DNA from: Haliotis rufescens
Lineage: Eukaryota
Direction of reading: 5' to 3'
Assembly (NCBI RefSeq): GCF_023055435.1
Contig: NW_025964013.1
Coordinates: forward strand, 3,286,001-3,350,000
DNA: 64,000 nucleotides
Within the stretch, counting starts at the first letter, position 1, and every line of letters begins with the position of its first letter. The notes beneath the pieces are model-generated. The model was not told the DNA's origin. It was given only the letters and a program-made list of their open reading frames with translations, and searched no databases. Of the stretch, positions 26,991-40,934 are shown in pieces. The position numbers and the translations under genes are program-made.

Positions 26991-27069
26991 GTAGGGTGTT
27001 GGGTGACATTACACCGGGTACACGAAATGCTTTTACTCGTATGCTTGAGGCTCTTCATACATCTGGGAC

Positions 27070-27992
27070 GTCATGTACCGTCATGTACGGCAATGTACCC
27101 ACATGTACCCTCATGTACCGTCGTGTAGTCTCAGGTACCGTTATGTACCCTCATATACCGTCCTGGAGCCTAGTATAGCCTCATGTACCGCCATGCGCCC
27201 TCATGTACCGCCATGTGCCCTCACGTACTGTCATATACGCTCATGTTCCTTTATGTGCCGCCACGTAACCTCACGTATACGTATCGTCATGTACCGAAAT
27301 GTAACCTAATGTACCATCACCTACCGTCATGTACCGAAATGTAACCTTAAATACCCTCACCTACCGCCGTGTACCGAAATGTAACCTTATGTACCCTCAC
27401 CTACCGTCATGTACCGAAATGTAACCTTAAATACCCTCACCTACCGCCGTGTACCGAAATGTAACCTTATGTACCCTCACCTACCGCCGTGTACCGAAAT
27501 GTAACCTTATGTACCCTCACCTACCGCTTTGTACCGAAATTTAACATTATGTACCCTCACCTACCGTCATGTACCGAAATGTAACCTTATGTACCCTCAC
27601 CTACCGCCGTGTACCGAAATGTAACCTTATGTACCCTCACCTACCGTCATGTACCGAAATGTAACCTTAAATACCCTCACCTACCGCTGTGAACCGAAAT
27701 GTAACCTTATGTACCCTCACCTACCGCCGTGTACCGAAATTTAACCTTATGTACCCTCACCTACCGCTTTGTACCGAAATGTAACCTTATGTACCCTCAA
27801 CTACCGTCATGTGCCGAAATGTAACCTTATGTACCCTCACATTCCGTCATGTACCTCCCTGTACCCTTGTGTACCGTCAAGCAGCCTCATGTACCGTCAT
27901 GTATCCTTGTGTACCGTCATGCAGCTTCATGTACCGCCATGTACCCTTGTGTACCCTCATCTGCGGTCATGTACCGCCACGTACCGTCACAT
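27070..27992. repeat. 40-bp minisatellite built from a 10-bp CATGTACCG-like ancestral unit
   Basis: Core ~27290-27845 with unit GTACCGAAATGTAACCTTATGTACCCTCACCTACCGCCGT. Degenerate 10-bp units on both flanks. Confidence 0.9.
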
Positions 27993-29560
27993 AAATCAGT
28001 TCGTGTGGAATGATTCGCATTGCCCAGATCGTACTGAATTTGACTTAAGGGAAACTATTCTGAACCCACTTAAGTCAGGTGTACGTTGAGAATGTGTATG
28101 AGTTGGTTTATGTTTCAGTGAGAGATTAACATTTGTGTTTTGAGATATAGATTGCCCATACCACGATAATTCTGAATTTGAGTAGTGAGTTAAGTAAATA
28201 ATGTTCACATCCCTTTTGATTTAACACAACGTGTCGACAAGTACTAGTAGATTGTGATAGCACACATACATGCAGCATCAAGAACACTTATGTCTTCCAA
28301 GGAATAACGTGAGTGTTATGAATTGTTGATTTTGGATATGAGATTGATTTTCCTCCTGTTGTTTTGTGACATGAAATAGAAATAATCACAACAGCAACAC
28401 CCCACAGTGCAACCAACTGTGACAAGGGTATTCTGAGATATGTTTTAAAGTTTAGTTAATCAAAATACCAAATAGGACGCGCATTGTGAGAATACCTATA
28501 CACATATCTGCAATATTTGTGATTTGGTTTTCTGTTGGTTTAACCGTTCCCCCTCATACAGGGGCAACTCACAACGGTTGTACAATGTATACACTAGGGT
28601 GTGATGGTTCGGGTACAAGAAGGTGTAAAACAATACTCACTCGCACTCTCACACAGGTATCAGGGTCTAAGGAGAAGAGTTTAATTACTTCAGTGTCCAC
28701 TATGTGTCTACCTGTAAGGTGTGTAGAGGGGTATTCGATACTTTTAATAGACTATAACAGAGTAGATGATATATAAGCTACAGGTATCACAGACAGGTTT
28801 TTCCCTGCTTCAAATAAAACAATTAAGTACACATATATAAAATATATGTCATGTACATTTCAGTCAGTCATAAAACGTAGCATGCATTGATTTATTTTCT
28901 CTGTAGGAACATCTGTTACAATGCATGAGTTTGTTTAGTTTTCATTAATATATACAAAACAATCAATATACAGGTGCAAGAAGTGCAACCAAAATGCAAC
29001 CACATTTTGCATATGTAATCATTGTGCCTCAAGGCAGTAGTACGAATTTCACATCCTCAAAGTCTGCCTCAAACTCAGAGAAGTGTACGGCTGAGCCGTG
29101 TGCCGTAATTTGTCCTTGTGCTGGTGTACACATCACGACGTGGCTTGATTCCATTGATCACGAGATCACTTCTTCCAATCCGGTATCATCCGGACATTGA
29201 CGGGCTTCTTTCTTGTGAAGTCAGTTTTAAGAAGGTAAAGCACAACACACCACATGTTGTCCACTTAGAACGCCAGTGTGACAAACGTTAACACAAACTG
29301 CCTGGCGACGTCACTCCATTGTCTTGAACGTGCAGGCCGGCCTTCAGATCTGCCATGGATGCCGAATAGACGCTCTCGGACACAATGGCACACTGTCTGT
29401 CTGTTGCAGACTTCGAGTATCTGTCTGACTGACGTCACTTGATCTGTCATTGACTCCTGGTAGACGCTCTCGGACACAGTGTCACACTGTCTGATCTGAT
29501 GCAGACGTTGGGTATCTGTCTGACTGACGTCACTTGATCTGTTGTCCCTATTGAGTGACG

Positions 29561-29713
29561 TCACACTTTAGCCACTGGGTTGTAGGCATGGCATCTAGAT
29601 TTGTCATGCACGACGTGGCAGTATTCTATAAGTGCACAGATTATTGCTAACAGCAGCACACAACACAGGAAGATAACGAACCCTACAGTCACGGGGTCGC
29701 TGAATGACAACAT
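29561..29713 (-). CDS. Small single-pass membrane protein 3 (50 aa), YNPV motif
   Basis: ATG one base after a TTTTTGCAG acceptor. Protein MLSFSDPVTVGFVIFLCCVLLLAIICALIEYCHVVHDKSRCHAYNPVAKV*. Canonical-site upstream non-coding exons at 30980-31068 and 31338-31430, donor at 31539. AATAAA (minus strand) near 28891. Confidence 0.7.
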   Translation of the reverse strand: MLSFSDPVTVGFVIFLCCVLLLAIICALIEYCHVVHDKSRCHAYNPVAKV

Positions 29714-32700
29714 CCTGCAAAAATCAAATCATCAGAATTATAACATTGTACAAGGAGGGAAGTAAATGGCCTGATGTAATCATGCAAGCACTTTAAAATA
29801 ACTGTTAAAAAGTAAGTCCATGTGTGTATATCATCATATCAGTTAGCTTATATTTACATGAAATACATTATTTTACATAAATATACAGAACACTGAAATA
29901 GTGAGTGAGTTTGGTCTTACGTCATCTTTAGCTCTATTTCAGTCATGTCAAGGTGGGGGGACATAAATGGTCTTCACATATTGTATGTGTATATGTGGGG
30001 AATCGAACCCGGGTCTCTGGCGTGACGGGCGAACACCATAACCACTACGCTAGCAATACGTCTAAATATGAAATAAACTTAGCAGCACAGGTATGGTACA
30101 AGCATGACAAGCTACCAGTATCAGGTCAAGTCGAACTCCTACTCTTCATATTGAAGCTCTATTTTCAAAAAGAGAGTTGCGTCCCCTGAGCATGCCAGTA
30201 ACCTATGATCGTAGGTTCAGTTCCCGGTCCGCCCAAATATGTTTCTGGGTTTGTCAGTACCATACGCGTGCTCGTGAGTTTTACCAAAGTAGTAAGCATC
30301 TAAGACCTGCATCAGTTCGGGCTTTTCTCCCACATCAAGCTGACACACCGTAATATGACTGGTATACCGTCCCAAGCGGCACTAAACCAAACTCACTATT
30401 TCCAGACGATGGACTGTGGGGTGGTATTACGACCAGTGTTCTCACATACTGGTGTATGACGATAAGGTTGTAGTTGGGGTTGAACTGGAAATGGGTGGAC
30501 GATATGTAGATGTTTTAACACTACAAGTTATAATACCGCCAGTGTTTACCCTTCTGATTCATTGCTGCCTACATTATATATCCAACTGTTAAACTGTTAG
30601 CACGACTTGATATCAAGATGAATTTAACTGTTTACAAAATTAGCAAACGAAAAATATGCATTTTAGACCGATCTCGTTGAAATGGAAATTCGTGACTTTC
30701 ATTTTTTTTTTTTTTTAAAGCCGCACCCATCAATATTCATACTCATAGGGTGGCATGTAAATAATCGAATATTATCCAGATAAACCAACGTTCCGCGCTG
30801 TCTGGTTACGACGCCATGCAATCAACCATATCAGTGACCCACTTGGGCGACTCTCTCGACAGGTATATGTCGCTGGGGAAGTATCCGGGAATCACCCGAG
30901 GGTGTCACTGTCAGATTAAATTGTAAATATTCTTTCGCTTTCCCAATCTAACATTAGGTATTTTTATAAATCGACCTACCTGTGTCTGCCAGCTATGGTA
31001 CTTCCAGGAACATCTCACAGCAATCCATGCAGTACCCTCGAACAGCCACTGGTATATAGTACAGCCTGCTGAAATATAAGTGCTCATTTATGACTCTTAA
31101 CATCTCCACAAGACACCCAGGCGAAGGTGGTATTTGTGACACACGTAATGAATACCAGAGGTTATATTCAACCTCAAGGTCATCCGGGTTTCCGAAAATG
31201 GACTGCTCAAATATCATGACATCCATCCCACGTGACCAGGCATTAGGGATGCAATGTTACAGAGAACGGCATATCATCAGAAAATAGCAAACATTGTTTT
31301 CAATGAGTCATGCTTTAGACAATATGAGACCCCTTACCTGTTGTGCTGGAGCGAATAAGCAACGCCAGGGACAAGATCGTGAGGGAACAGGCTGGAGTAG
31401 GTAGTGCACTCGCTGGTCTATCACAGAGTCCTGTAAATATACATACAGGTGACGTTAAGTAACACTATAAAGATTTAAATAGCATCTACGAACATATATC
31501 AACAGGTTTATAGCTATTGTTAGGACGCGCAGCCTCACCTTGTAAGACATTGACGTACATCTATCGGCAGCGTCTCGTTCAATAACGAGTGTAGTAATCT
31601 CAAGGTTGGATCACTGATAAATATGTTGACATTCCTCTTGCCTGCCCGCTGGCCGGGGCCTGTTAATTAGCTGTCCAAACAAGGTCAGACTGGACCACGC
31701 GTACGACACCCCTGGCAGGTTGCTATGTAAGGTCTGTTTTATTACGTCAGCATCTATATGCGGAAGTGTGTAAGCTGTATTGGAAAACTGTTACTGTCTG
31801 ATACTGCGACCCAGAAAACGGCCATTGAAGGCAAGCACAATGGGCTTTGGAAATAATTCTGACAGCTGTTTTTGATTATGATATTGAGCGGACAATCGCA
31901 GATCGTAAATATCTCGCCAGACAATACAGCTACGTGATAACTCGACATTACTGAATCATAATGTTTATGAAATTGAATTATATTTAGTGTGCGTCCATGT
32001 TGACTTACATACATTTCTCCAGTGCGTATCACCTGACCCCTGCCAGTATCAACACTACAAGTATAATAAGAGATAACAGCGAACCAATGAAAGTATGTCT
32101 ACATGGACGCTTTTCTAACTTGTTATGCAAATTCAAATGCTAAATGTTAAAAATACAACAATTCGAACTAATATTTATCGATTGTTTGTAGTCTTACATT
32201 AATGATGCTTATGATGTCATTCACTGGATTGTCTGGTCCAGACTCGATTATTTACAGACCGCTGTCATATAGCTGTAATATTGATGAGTGCGGCGTTAAC
32301 AACAAACAAACAAACAAGCATAGGTCGACAGCACTTCGCCACACTACGATATCCGTAACAGTGGACTTATGGACGTCAACGTTTTTCATTTCGGTACATG
32401 TGTAGTTTATTAATCAAGCAAGTGACATAATACTCTAGCTTTCAAAATGATAAGATAAGGTACTACAATCCCCAGCTATGTATATAGACACACTCTGTTT
32501 ACAGAGTTAGATGGGTAGATGTAGGTAGGTAGACGGTGTAAATAACCAACGCAACTAGAGCGCGGCGATATCAGTGTGTGTAACAAACCCGACTCACCGA
32601 TATCTCCGACGCGTTGATGGATGTGACTGCGATGCTGAAACTGCGTCGTTAAGTTACATGTGTTGTTTAAAGGAGAACGGGTCTTAACACGTACATGTTG

Positions 32701-33127
32701 TTTTCACATCAAACAGTGTAGTTAGTTCCTCTTACATGTACTGCGTCAAGAAAAGGTTAATACCTACACATGCACGTTACGAATATCACAGAAACATAAC
32801 GACTGCATCCATGTCTCTGTCATCAACTGTTTTGTGAATGTTTTATATTTCGGTCGTGACTGTATGTTTCGTCTTGAAACGTGACTGAGATGTTTGGAAA
32901 TAACTTATATTACTCCGCACCTGGACCCTTGCACTTTGTGTTGACGTGTGTGTTATCAGCATGTGCAGGGCCTCGGCAGACATATCATAACTGGTGAAAA
33001 CACTTCAACATATAGACTTGCGAGTCTAGGTTTCCAGATTGTTCGTAGCGAAGGACGACTTTCTTCATTCAACACGCTCATCTTGTGTTCGGATAATATC
33101 ATTCCCGATACCGTTTAGCTAGTCTAC

Positions 33128-34915
33128 AGATACTACGTTGCGAGTCTTAAGACGTGATACAGGTAATACGTTGCGAGTCGTACGACGTGACACAGATACT
33201 ACGTTGCGAGTCTTACGACGTGATACATGTTATACGTTGCGAGTCGTACGACGTGACACATGTATTACGTTGCGAGTCTTACGACGTGACACAGGTAATA
33301 CGTTGCGAGTTTTACGAGGTGACACAGATACTACGTTGCGAGTCTTACGACGTGACACATGTATTACGTTGCGAGTCTTACGATGTGACACAGGTAATAC
33401 GTTGCGAGTCTTACGACGTGACACAGGTAAAACGTTGCGAGTCTTACGAAGTGACACAGGTAATACGTTGCGAGTCTTACGACGTGACAAAGATAATACG
33501 TTGCGGATCTTACGACGTGATACAGGTTATACGTTGCGGGTCGTACGACGTGGCACAGGTAATACGTTGAGAGTCTTACGACGTGATACATGTTATACGT
33601 TGCGAATCGTACGACGTGACACAGATAATACGTTGCGAGTCTTACGACGTGATACATGTTATACGTTGCGAGTCTTACGACGTGACAAAGATAATACGTT
33701 CGAGACTTATGACTTGACACAGGTAATACGTTGCGGATCTTACGACGTGATACAGGTTATACGTTGCGAGTCGTACGACGTGATACATGTTATACGTTGC
33801 GAGTTGTACGACGTGACACATGTATTACGTTGCGAGTCTTACGACGTGACACAGGTAATACGTTGCGAGTCTTATGAAGTGACACAGGTAATACGTTGCG
33901 AGTCTTACGACGTGACACAGATAATACGTTGCGAGACTTACGACTTGACACAGGTAATACGTTGCGGATCTTACGACGTGATACAGGTAATACGTTGCGA
34001 GTCGTACGACGTGACACAGGTAATACGTTGCGGATCTAACGACGAGGCACAGATAATACGTTGCGGGTCTTACGACGTGACACAGGTAATACGTTGCGGG
34101 TTTTACGACGTGACACAGGTAATACGTAGCGGGTCTTACGACGTGACACAGGTTATACGTTGCGAGTCTTACGACGTGATACAGGTAATACGTTGCGAGT
34201 CTTACGACGTGATACAGGTAATACGTTGCGAGTCGTACGACGTGACACAGGTAATACGTTGCGGATCTAACGACGAGGCACAGATAATACGTTGCGAGTC
34301 TTACGACGTGACACAGGTAATACGTTGCGGGTTTTACGACGTGACACAGGTAATACGTAGCGGGTCTTACGACGTGACACAGGTTATACGTTGCGAGTCT
34401 TACGACGTGATACAGGTAATACGTTGCGAGTCTTACGACGTGATACAGGTAATACGTTGCGAGTCGTACGACGTGACACAGGTAATACGTAGCGGGTCTT
34501 ACGACGTGATACAGGTAATACGTTGCGAGTCTTACGACGTGATACAGGTAATACGTTGCGAGTCGTACGACGTAACATAGGTAATACGTTGCGAGTCGTA
34601 CGACGTGACACAGATAATACGTTGCGAGTCTTACGAAGTGACACAGGTAATACTTTGCGAGTCTTACGATGTGACACAGGTAATACGTTGCGAGACTTAC
34701 GACTTGACACAGGTAATACGTTGCGGATCTTACGACGTGATACAGGTAATACGTTGCGAGTCTTACGACGTGACACAGGTAATACGTTGCGAGTCTTACG
34801 ACGTGACACAGGTAATACGTTGCGGATCTTACGACGTGATACAGGTAATACGTTGCGAGTCTTACGACGTGACACAGGTAATACGTTGCGGGTTTTACGA
34901 CGTGACACAGATACT
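33128..34915. repeat. 33-bp CpG-rich minisatellite
   Basis: About 54 copies of CGTTGCGAGTCTTACGACGTGACACAGGTAATA. Confidence 0.95.
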
Positions 34916-34999
34916 TCTTTGTGAGTCCCATGGTTTGGCTCTGATAACTCATTGTGAATGTTACATGCATATCGTGTGTAGGGGACAGGAAAACATACC

Positions 35000-35158
35000 T
35001 TACAGGATCACATTTTCTTTGACCGTCTTGTAACTGACGGTTCCCCCGTGTTTGGCAGCTCGTCTGTTGGCAGCCCACATGCACGCCCATATAGTCAGCA
35101 ATATGGCAGCCAAGCCGACGATGACCGCGACGATAATAGCGATCTCTAGTGGTGACAT
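35000..35158 (-). CDS. Small single-pass membrane protein 2 (52 aa), ITIM-like VSYKTV
   Basis: Exon starts at 35162 after a CTGCAG acceptor. Protein MSPLEIAIIVAVIVGLAAILLTIWACMWAANRRAAKHGGTVSYKTVKENVIL*. A GTATGT donor lies one base after the stop. Upstream non-coding exon 36127-36192 with TTCAG/GTAGGT sites. Confidence 0.72.
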   Translation of the reverse strand: MSPLEIAIIVAVIVGLAAILLTIWACMWAANRRAAKHGGTVSYKTVKENVIL

Positions 35159-35209
35159 CGTCCTGCAGCGGAACACATTGCCACTGGTTGGAGTGAGGTA
35201 TTGTAGGGT

Positions 35210-35790
35210 TATGTAGATGGATAGTGACGAGGAACTGTGGATAGATGCAGAGACGAGGAAAGGTGGGTGGACAAGTTAAACGTGGGCAGAGATCCTGAAG
35301 TGATGCATGTCTCAGACGTTTACCACTTTGGTGAAACCCACGAGAACGGTTATGATGCTGACAAACCTAGAAACATAATCGGGGCGAACTGGGATTCGAA
35401 CCCACAATCATAGGTTCCTGGCGTGCCCAAGGACTCTGCACAGCGAATAGCGGCTCCTAAGACGACTGGGCCACCCGTGCCCCTCAGTGACAAAGTGACG
35501 AGGACCTGTGGATGGATGCAGTGACGAGGAGCTTTGGATAGATGCAGATACGAGGAGCTGTGGATAGATGGGGTGACTAGGAACTGTGGACAGACGGAGT
35601 GACGAAGAACTGGATAGATGGGGTGACTAGGAACTGTGGACAGACGGAGTGACGAGGAACTGGATAGATGGGGGGACTAGGAACTGTGGATAGACGGAAT
35701 GTGGATAGATGTAGTGACGTAGCACCGCGGATAGATGCAGCGACGAGGAGCTTTGGATAGATGCAGATACGAGGAGCTGTGGACAGACGA
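35210..35790. repeat. Degenerate ~25-bp tandem repeat interrupted by a family D SINE (35275-35478, minus)
   Basis: Repeats of GTGACGAGGAACTGTGGATAGATG on both sides of the SINE. Confidence 0.7.
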
Positions 35791-36982
35791 AGGGGGCGTG
35801 GCAGACAGATAGCGACGTTTAGCGAAAAGGCGAGCGAATGATGTGAAACGAGCTGACAACGGCAGAAGGGAGGAGAACGAAGGCGACAGCTAGGCAATCA
35901 CAGCTATAGGCACGTCTACACTGAAACAGTGCGAGGTTTGTATACACAGCCAGATATTACAGATGCGTTACTGTCCTGTTAAGAACTATCATGTACAAAT
36001 GCAATCTCGATCTCATCGCCACATAACAGTAAAGTAACAGTGTCTCACGAGGCACTAACTACTCGTGTGACCTGATTACAGGAGGCACCAGAATGTATAT
36101 AATCAGTGAGACATATGCACACCTACCTGTAAGCTGATCACATCCTGCAGGACCCCGCGGTATTCAAGGTTCGACAGCCTTCCACATTTACACTGAAGAA
36201 ATAGCAAGTTTATTTTTACTCAGCTTGCAGTTGTTTGTCCTGCTGTGAAATCACTCAGGTGTGTACGAGGACGTCAGTTGACCTATTTGGATGTGGTCGG
36301 TATTCTCGATCACAAAGACTGACTACAGGACGCATAACTCGGTGGCTTCCGCGTATCAAATAAACATAAAGGTTTTAAGGATGTGTCAGTGTTGAACGCT
36401 GGAAGGAAACAGTGATGAACTTTTGCACTTAGAATACTCCAGACCTGCTAATCTGTCAGTGAAGTGCATTTACATGAAGCGTCGCCAGAAAACACGTAGA
36501 TACGAGGTGTCTTAGCCAATGGGAAAACGCTTGTTATTCATCTCAAGGTATCTAATGGCGAGAGGTCTGTCAGTTTTGTCTACCCATTGCGAGTGAATAT
36601 AAATACCGCCTGTGTTTCTACTGAGAGTTTCACCCTTGAGAAATGGCTGGGATTTGATTAGACCTGTCGGAACGCGTTTCGGTTACGTAGCAATCAGAAT
36701 GGCATGTCATTAACAGATAAGGCGTGCTAAATGCCCGTGTTCCCTTTGCAGTTTCTGATGTTTGGTATGAGCTATAGTTGCCGAAATGTGCCAGATTACG
36801 TCGATATACCATGCACGTCGTGAGGTTAATTGTCCTACTAGTGTCACGCTGCCTTCACACAGCAGCCCCAGTCATATAGCTGGAATATATATAACTACAG
36901 ACTAAGAGGATTCTGTTATCTGATGATTCAGCTCCGTGTATCTGTGCACGTCTCGCCCAGACTGGAGGGTCAATGAGTTAAG

Positions 36983-37257
36983 GTTTGTTTGTTTGGTGGG
37001 TTGGTTGTTGTTTAACGCCGCACTTAGCAATATTACAGCTATATGACGGCAGTCTGTAAATAATCGAGTCTGGACCAGACAATCCATTAATCGATATCAT
37101 GAGCATCGATCCACACAATTGGGTAACGATTACATGCATCAACCAAATCAACGAGCCTGACAACCCGATCCCGTTAGTCGCCTCTTCCGACAAGCATCGT
37201 CGCTTTTTCTAGCAAGCATTGGTTGCTGAAGACTCATTCTAACCCGGATCTTCACAG
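36983..37257 (-). mobile_element. SINE-like family B
   Basis: Full-length homolog of 13528-13800, head-to-head with a family A SINE at 37264-37397. Confidence 0.85.
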
Positions 37258-37730
37258 ATTAGAGGGGCGGTCGAGTAGCCGAGTGGTTAAAGCGTTCGTT
37301 CGTCACACCGAGGACCCGGGTTTGATTCCCGACATGGGTACAATGTGTGAAGCCCATTTCTGGTGTCCCCCGCCGTGATATTGCTGGAATATTGCTTCAG
37401 CTCATCTCTAACCAACAAACAACAAAGCTACTGACGACTTTTACGTAACTATTTACACTATTCCCCATAAGTTTGAAATAGAGAATTTACCCTGTGTCTT
37501 TTGACATCGACCGCCTCAGTGGTCTAGTGGTATAACTATTTTTTTAGTTTATAAATTGGAATAACCAGAGGTGACACCTTGTAGCGGGCTGCACGGTTGG
37601 AACGTCAGAACACCCTAAACGATTAGCAATCGCACACAAGTAGCTGTAAAACACCGAGCGTCTCTTGATTGTATCTGCAAGTCGCAAGCCCTCGTCCAAT
37701 CAAATTTACAAAGTTCAGAGTCCATCTTAT

Positions 37731-38617
37731 GCGACCACGAATATCCCGAATTACCCGAATAGGAAATTGTTCATGTTCATAGATAAATCACATCATTTCT
37801 TGAAGTTCTAAAATGAATCTTATTTGTTTTCCCAAACATTCGTACAGTTCGCGGGAGGTCGTCGAATCGGGGAGAAAGTTTTTGTTTGTCAAAGACTTTC
37901 GTGGAAGGGTCCCCGAATTGCAATTTCTTGACTGAATCGTTATCCAGTCGTTTCTAAATTTTTATATTCCGTAACAGCTTCGAAATCGATTTTTTGCATT
38001 CTTGGCTACACTTAGCGATTCGTGGCTCCCAAAATCTATTGTCCTCAACCCTAAACATCCCGAAACAGCATGAATATTCCGACTCAACTACGAATCATGT
38101 AAGACTTAAGTAAGAACAACACGATTCCCCAAGGACCAGGACCAGAGCAACACGTGCTCTCCGTTGAACTTCCATGGTGGAAATGATGGGTTGGCCAGTC
38201 TTTCAGGACCCAAGAACATCCTGAAGTGTCAGGAAAAGTACCGATTTTCGTAAACTATTCGTAAATATGTCGTATTAGTCGTATCGTATTCGTTGCCATC
38301 GTTCTGCATTCGTATACACCCTCGGCATATTCGTAACTTAGTCGTAGGTGATTCTTACAATTCGTGAATGATCCGTACATGAATCTTGTTATTCGGACAT
38401 GTCGTACATTCTTAACCCATTCCCGGGATTCTTCATAGTTTTCAGCCCGATAAGCCACGAGTTTTCGTAACGCCATCGTACGTTTATCGTAACTGCTTCG
38501 TAGCTCCTACCGATTCTCCACGAAAGTTTGCATTATAGGCCGAATCATCACAAATTTCGGAAAGTTTCCGATTCGGGGTGATGCGGGATATTCGTGGTCG
38601 TAGTGAAAGGGGGCATT
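37731..38617. mobile_element. Non-autonomous DNA transposon
   Basis: Inverted termini CGACCACGAATATCCCG...CCGAAT.GGAAA / TTTCCGATTCGGGGTGATGCGGGATATTCGTGGTCG. Interior rich in TCGTA/TACGA motifs. Confidence 0.65.
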
Positions 38618-40263
38618 AGAGTGACGTCCCTTTCCGTGTGTTGACATCGGAGCCTGGGGAAACTTGATCTTACAGACAAGAAGCTGAACGGTTAACTAGT
38701 GTTAGTGTGTTTTATGTGCTTGATGTAGTTCCGGTTTTATTCGACTTCAAATTGATTGACGCGCAAGGATAAATATATCAGTTGCCTGGTAAAAGACCCA
38801 TGTTTGACGGTGGAAAAAATGAAACACGAAATGGTAAGGTGATGGTGATGTATTCGACACCTGTAGCATATGGTTGTGTTTTGGACCTTAAGATTGCAGT
38901 GTATAGTTGACTGTTTCAGCATTGTGGCGTGTTGATAACGTTATTATTTTTGGACCAAATCAAAGTTTCAAGAGATTACTTCCCCGCAGTTCATGTCCAT
39001 GTGGCGTTCAGAGATTTAAAAGATTCTGACATACTTTCATACTTACCACATATCGATGCCGAAACATATTTGCTTATGGTCATGTGCACGAATACTGTTA
39101 ATGAAAGCGTATTCATAAAAAGCAGCTAAAAACAGAGTCGATTGTACTTACTATTGTATCAGCATTTGGTGATGAATCACTATAAAATAGTGATGGTACC
39201 AAATGGTTGTGAAACGATGAGTATATCCTGCCCCGCCGCAAACACATGCAAAGGCAAGACAATTTTTTCCGCTGGAAAACAACCACATGGTAACATATGG
39301 AACAATTCAAATTAGGGAATTGTTTCAGACATCTTTGATTTTTATCTTTTCTTAATGATTGTAATTGTTGTTTGTAATTTAAAATTGTTGTGACTTGATT
39401 ATATACACATGTACTCTGGGCTGGAGGCCTTTAATACAGAATAAAAGAGAGAGGGAGATTGTTATTGATGCGTCAATTTGGAAATGTCCTCCACGTGTCT
39501 ACTATATCGCTTTTTGGGAGCTATGCTGAGGCCTGGGAGCTTTGATCAAACAATTCTTGGGCACTCTTTGAAATCGTTGTAGAAAGAGAATGCTAGATTA
39601 TATCTCAAAAGTTATGAAATGAAGACTGGAGGCTGGAGCTGCAGGAATATTGCTCGACGTAAAGGGAAAGGTGACACGCACGCACATATGATCTCTCAAT
39701 GTGTATAAACAAACTATCACATGGTGATAACATTTCAATTTGTGTTTATTTCGTGTACATATAATACGATCACAAAAACAAAAGCATACGCGACATGTTG
39801 AATATATATTGATAACATTAACATAATAAGTTGTCAACACGTAAACACGCGGTCACAAAGCTCACAAGGTCAGACACATCAAGTCATATTCATAATGCCA
39901 AGAGTACTGTGAATGTATTGTCACGTTGCGCGGGTACTATCAGATGATGTCCGGGCACCATAAGTCTCCTACAGCACCAACCGAATATCATCTATTTGGG
40001 ACTGATGCCCTGTGAGAATGAAGCAATCGTATGACGTACACATGAACCATAGTATAGACTGTTGTTAAGATGAAAGTGGCGCTTTGACATAGCCTGACAC
40101 CCTGCTCCAAACGTAATGCTACTATCATGATATGTCTGTATGAAATATGGGATATACGACCGCCTTGTCACTGTGACTTTATTTTAGTCTCAGCCGTCTC
40201 GCCCTTCTGAGTATTCCTAGAAATATTCGGATTCACCAGGGACCTAATTGTAAAATGAAACTA

Positions 40264-40438
40264 CAGTAAACTCCGGTTATAACGAACACGCTTATAACGA
40301 ACTGACGGATATAACGAACTAACTTTTTAGTCCCGACTATTTGCTGTAGTTATGCTGTATATATGCTTATAACGAACTACGGTTATAACGAACTAAAAAT
40401 AGTAGTCCCTTTGAGTTCGTTATAACCGTAGTTTACTG
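40264..40438. mobile_element. pogo/Tigger-type MITE (same family as 12006-12179, opposite orientation)
   Basis: TIR CAGTAAACTCCGGTTATAACGAAC, TA TSD. Confidence 0.88.
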
Positions 40439-40934
40439 TAGTTATAGAACTTGATGAGCACACTAAACCTAAAATACAAGTAGTAATCCGTAGATCAAAG
40501 GTGACATGGAAGACACGGAGTGCCATATCAATGTCTGTAGTACAATGTACGCATGTGGTATAAAAGTTCTCATCATCCCAAACTGACGTCCACAGTAGAT
40601 ATCGCTAGGGTGAAAAATGGCATCACAATGCGTTGCAGATCACTGTTTTTTTAAACTACTACTGGAAAGAAACTGTCAAAAGTAGTAAAATGATAGTAAA
40701 TGGCATCGCACCCTCGGGGCTTTTAATATCAAATATATCCACACTCCTAGGCATTATATTTTTATATCAATATATATTCTATATTCATGCGATCAACGCA
40801 TTAACGGAGTTTCACGTACATGACTATCATGGAATGTTGAACTGTATATGTATTGCTGAGAATAGTTTCAAGTGCCTGTTGGAAAGAGCGAGCATGTTCT
40901 GCATAGTTCTGGTGCAATGTTTATAAGGCACACG

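Noticed and set aside
25934-27178. Gly-rich ORFs
   Set aside because: Translations of the 71-bp G-rich tandem repeat.
33138-35090. 421-480-aa repeat ORFs
   Set aside because: 33-bp minisatellite. The real CDS nearby (35000-35158) is in a different frame.
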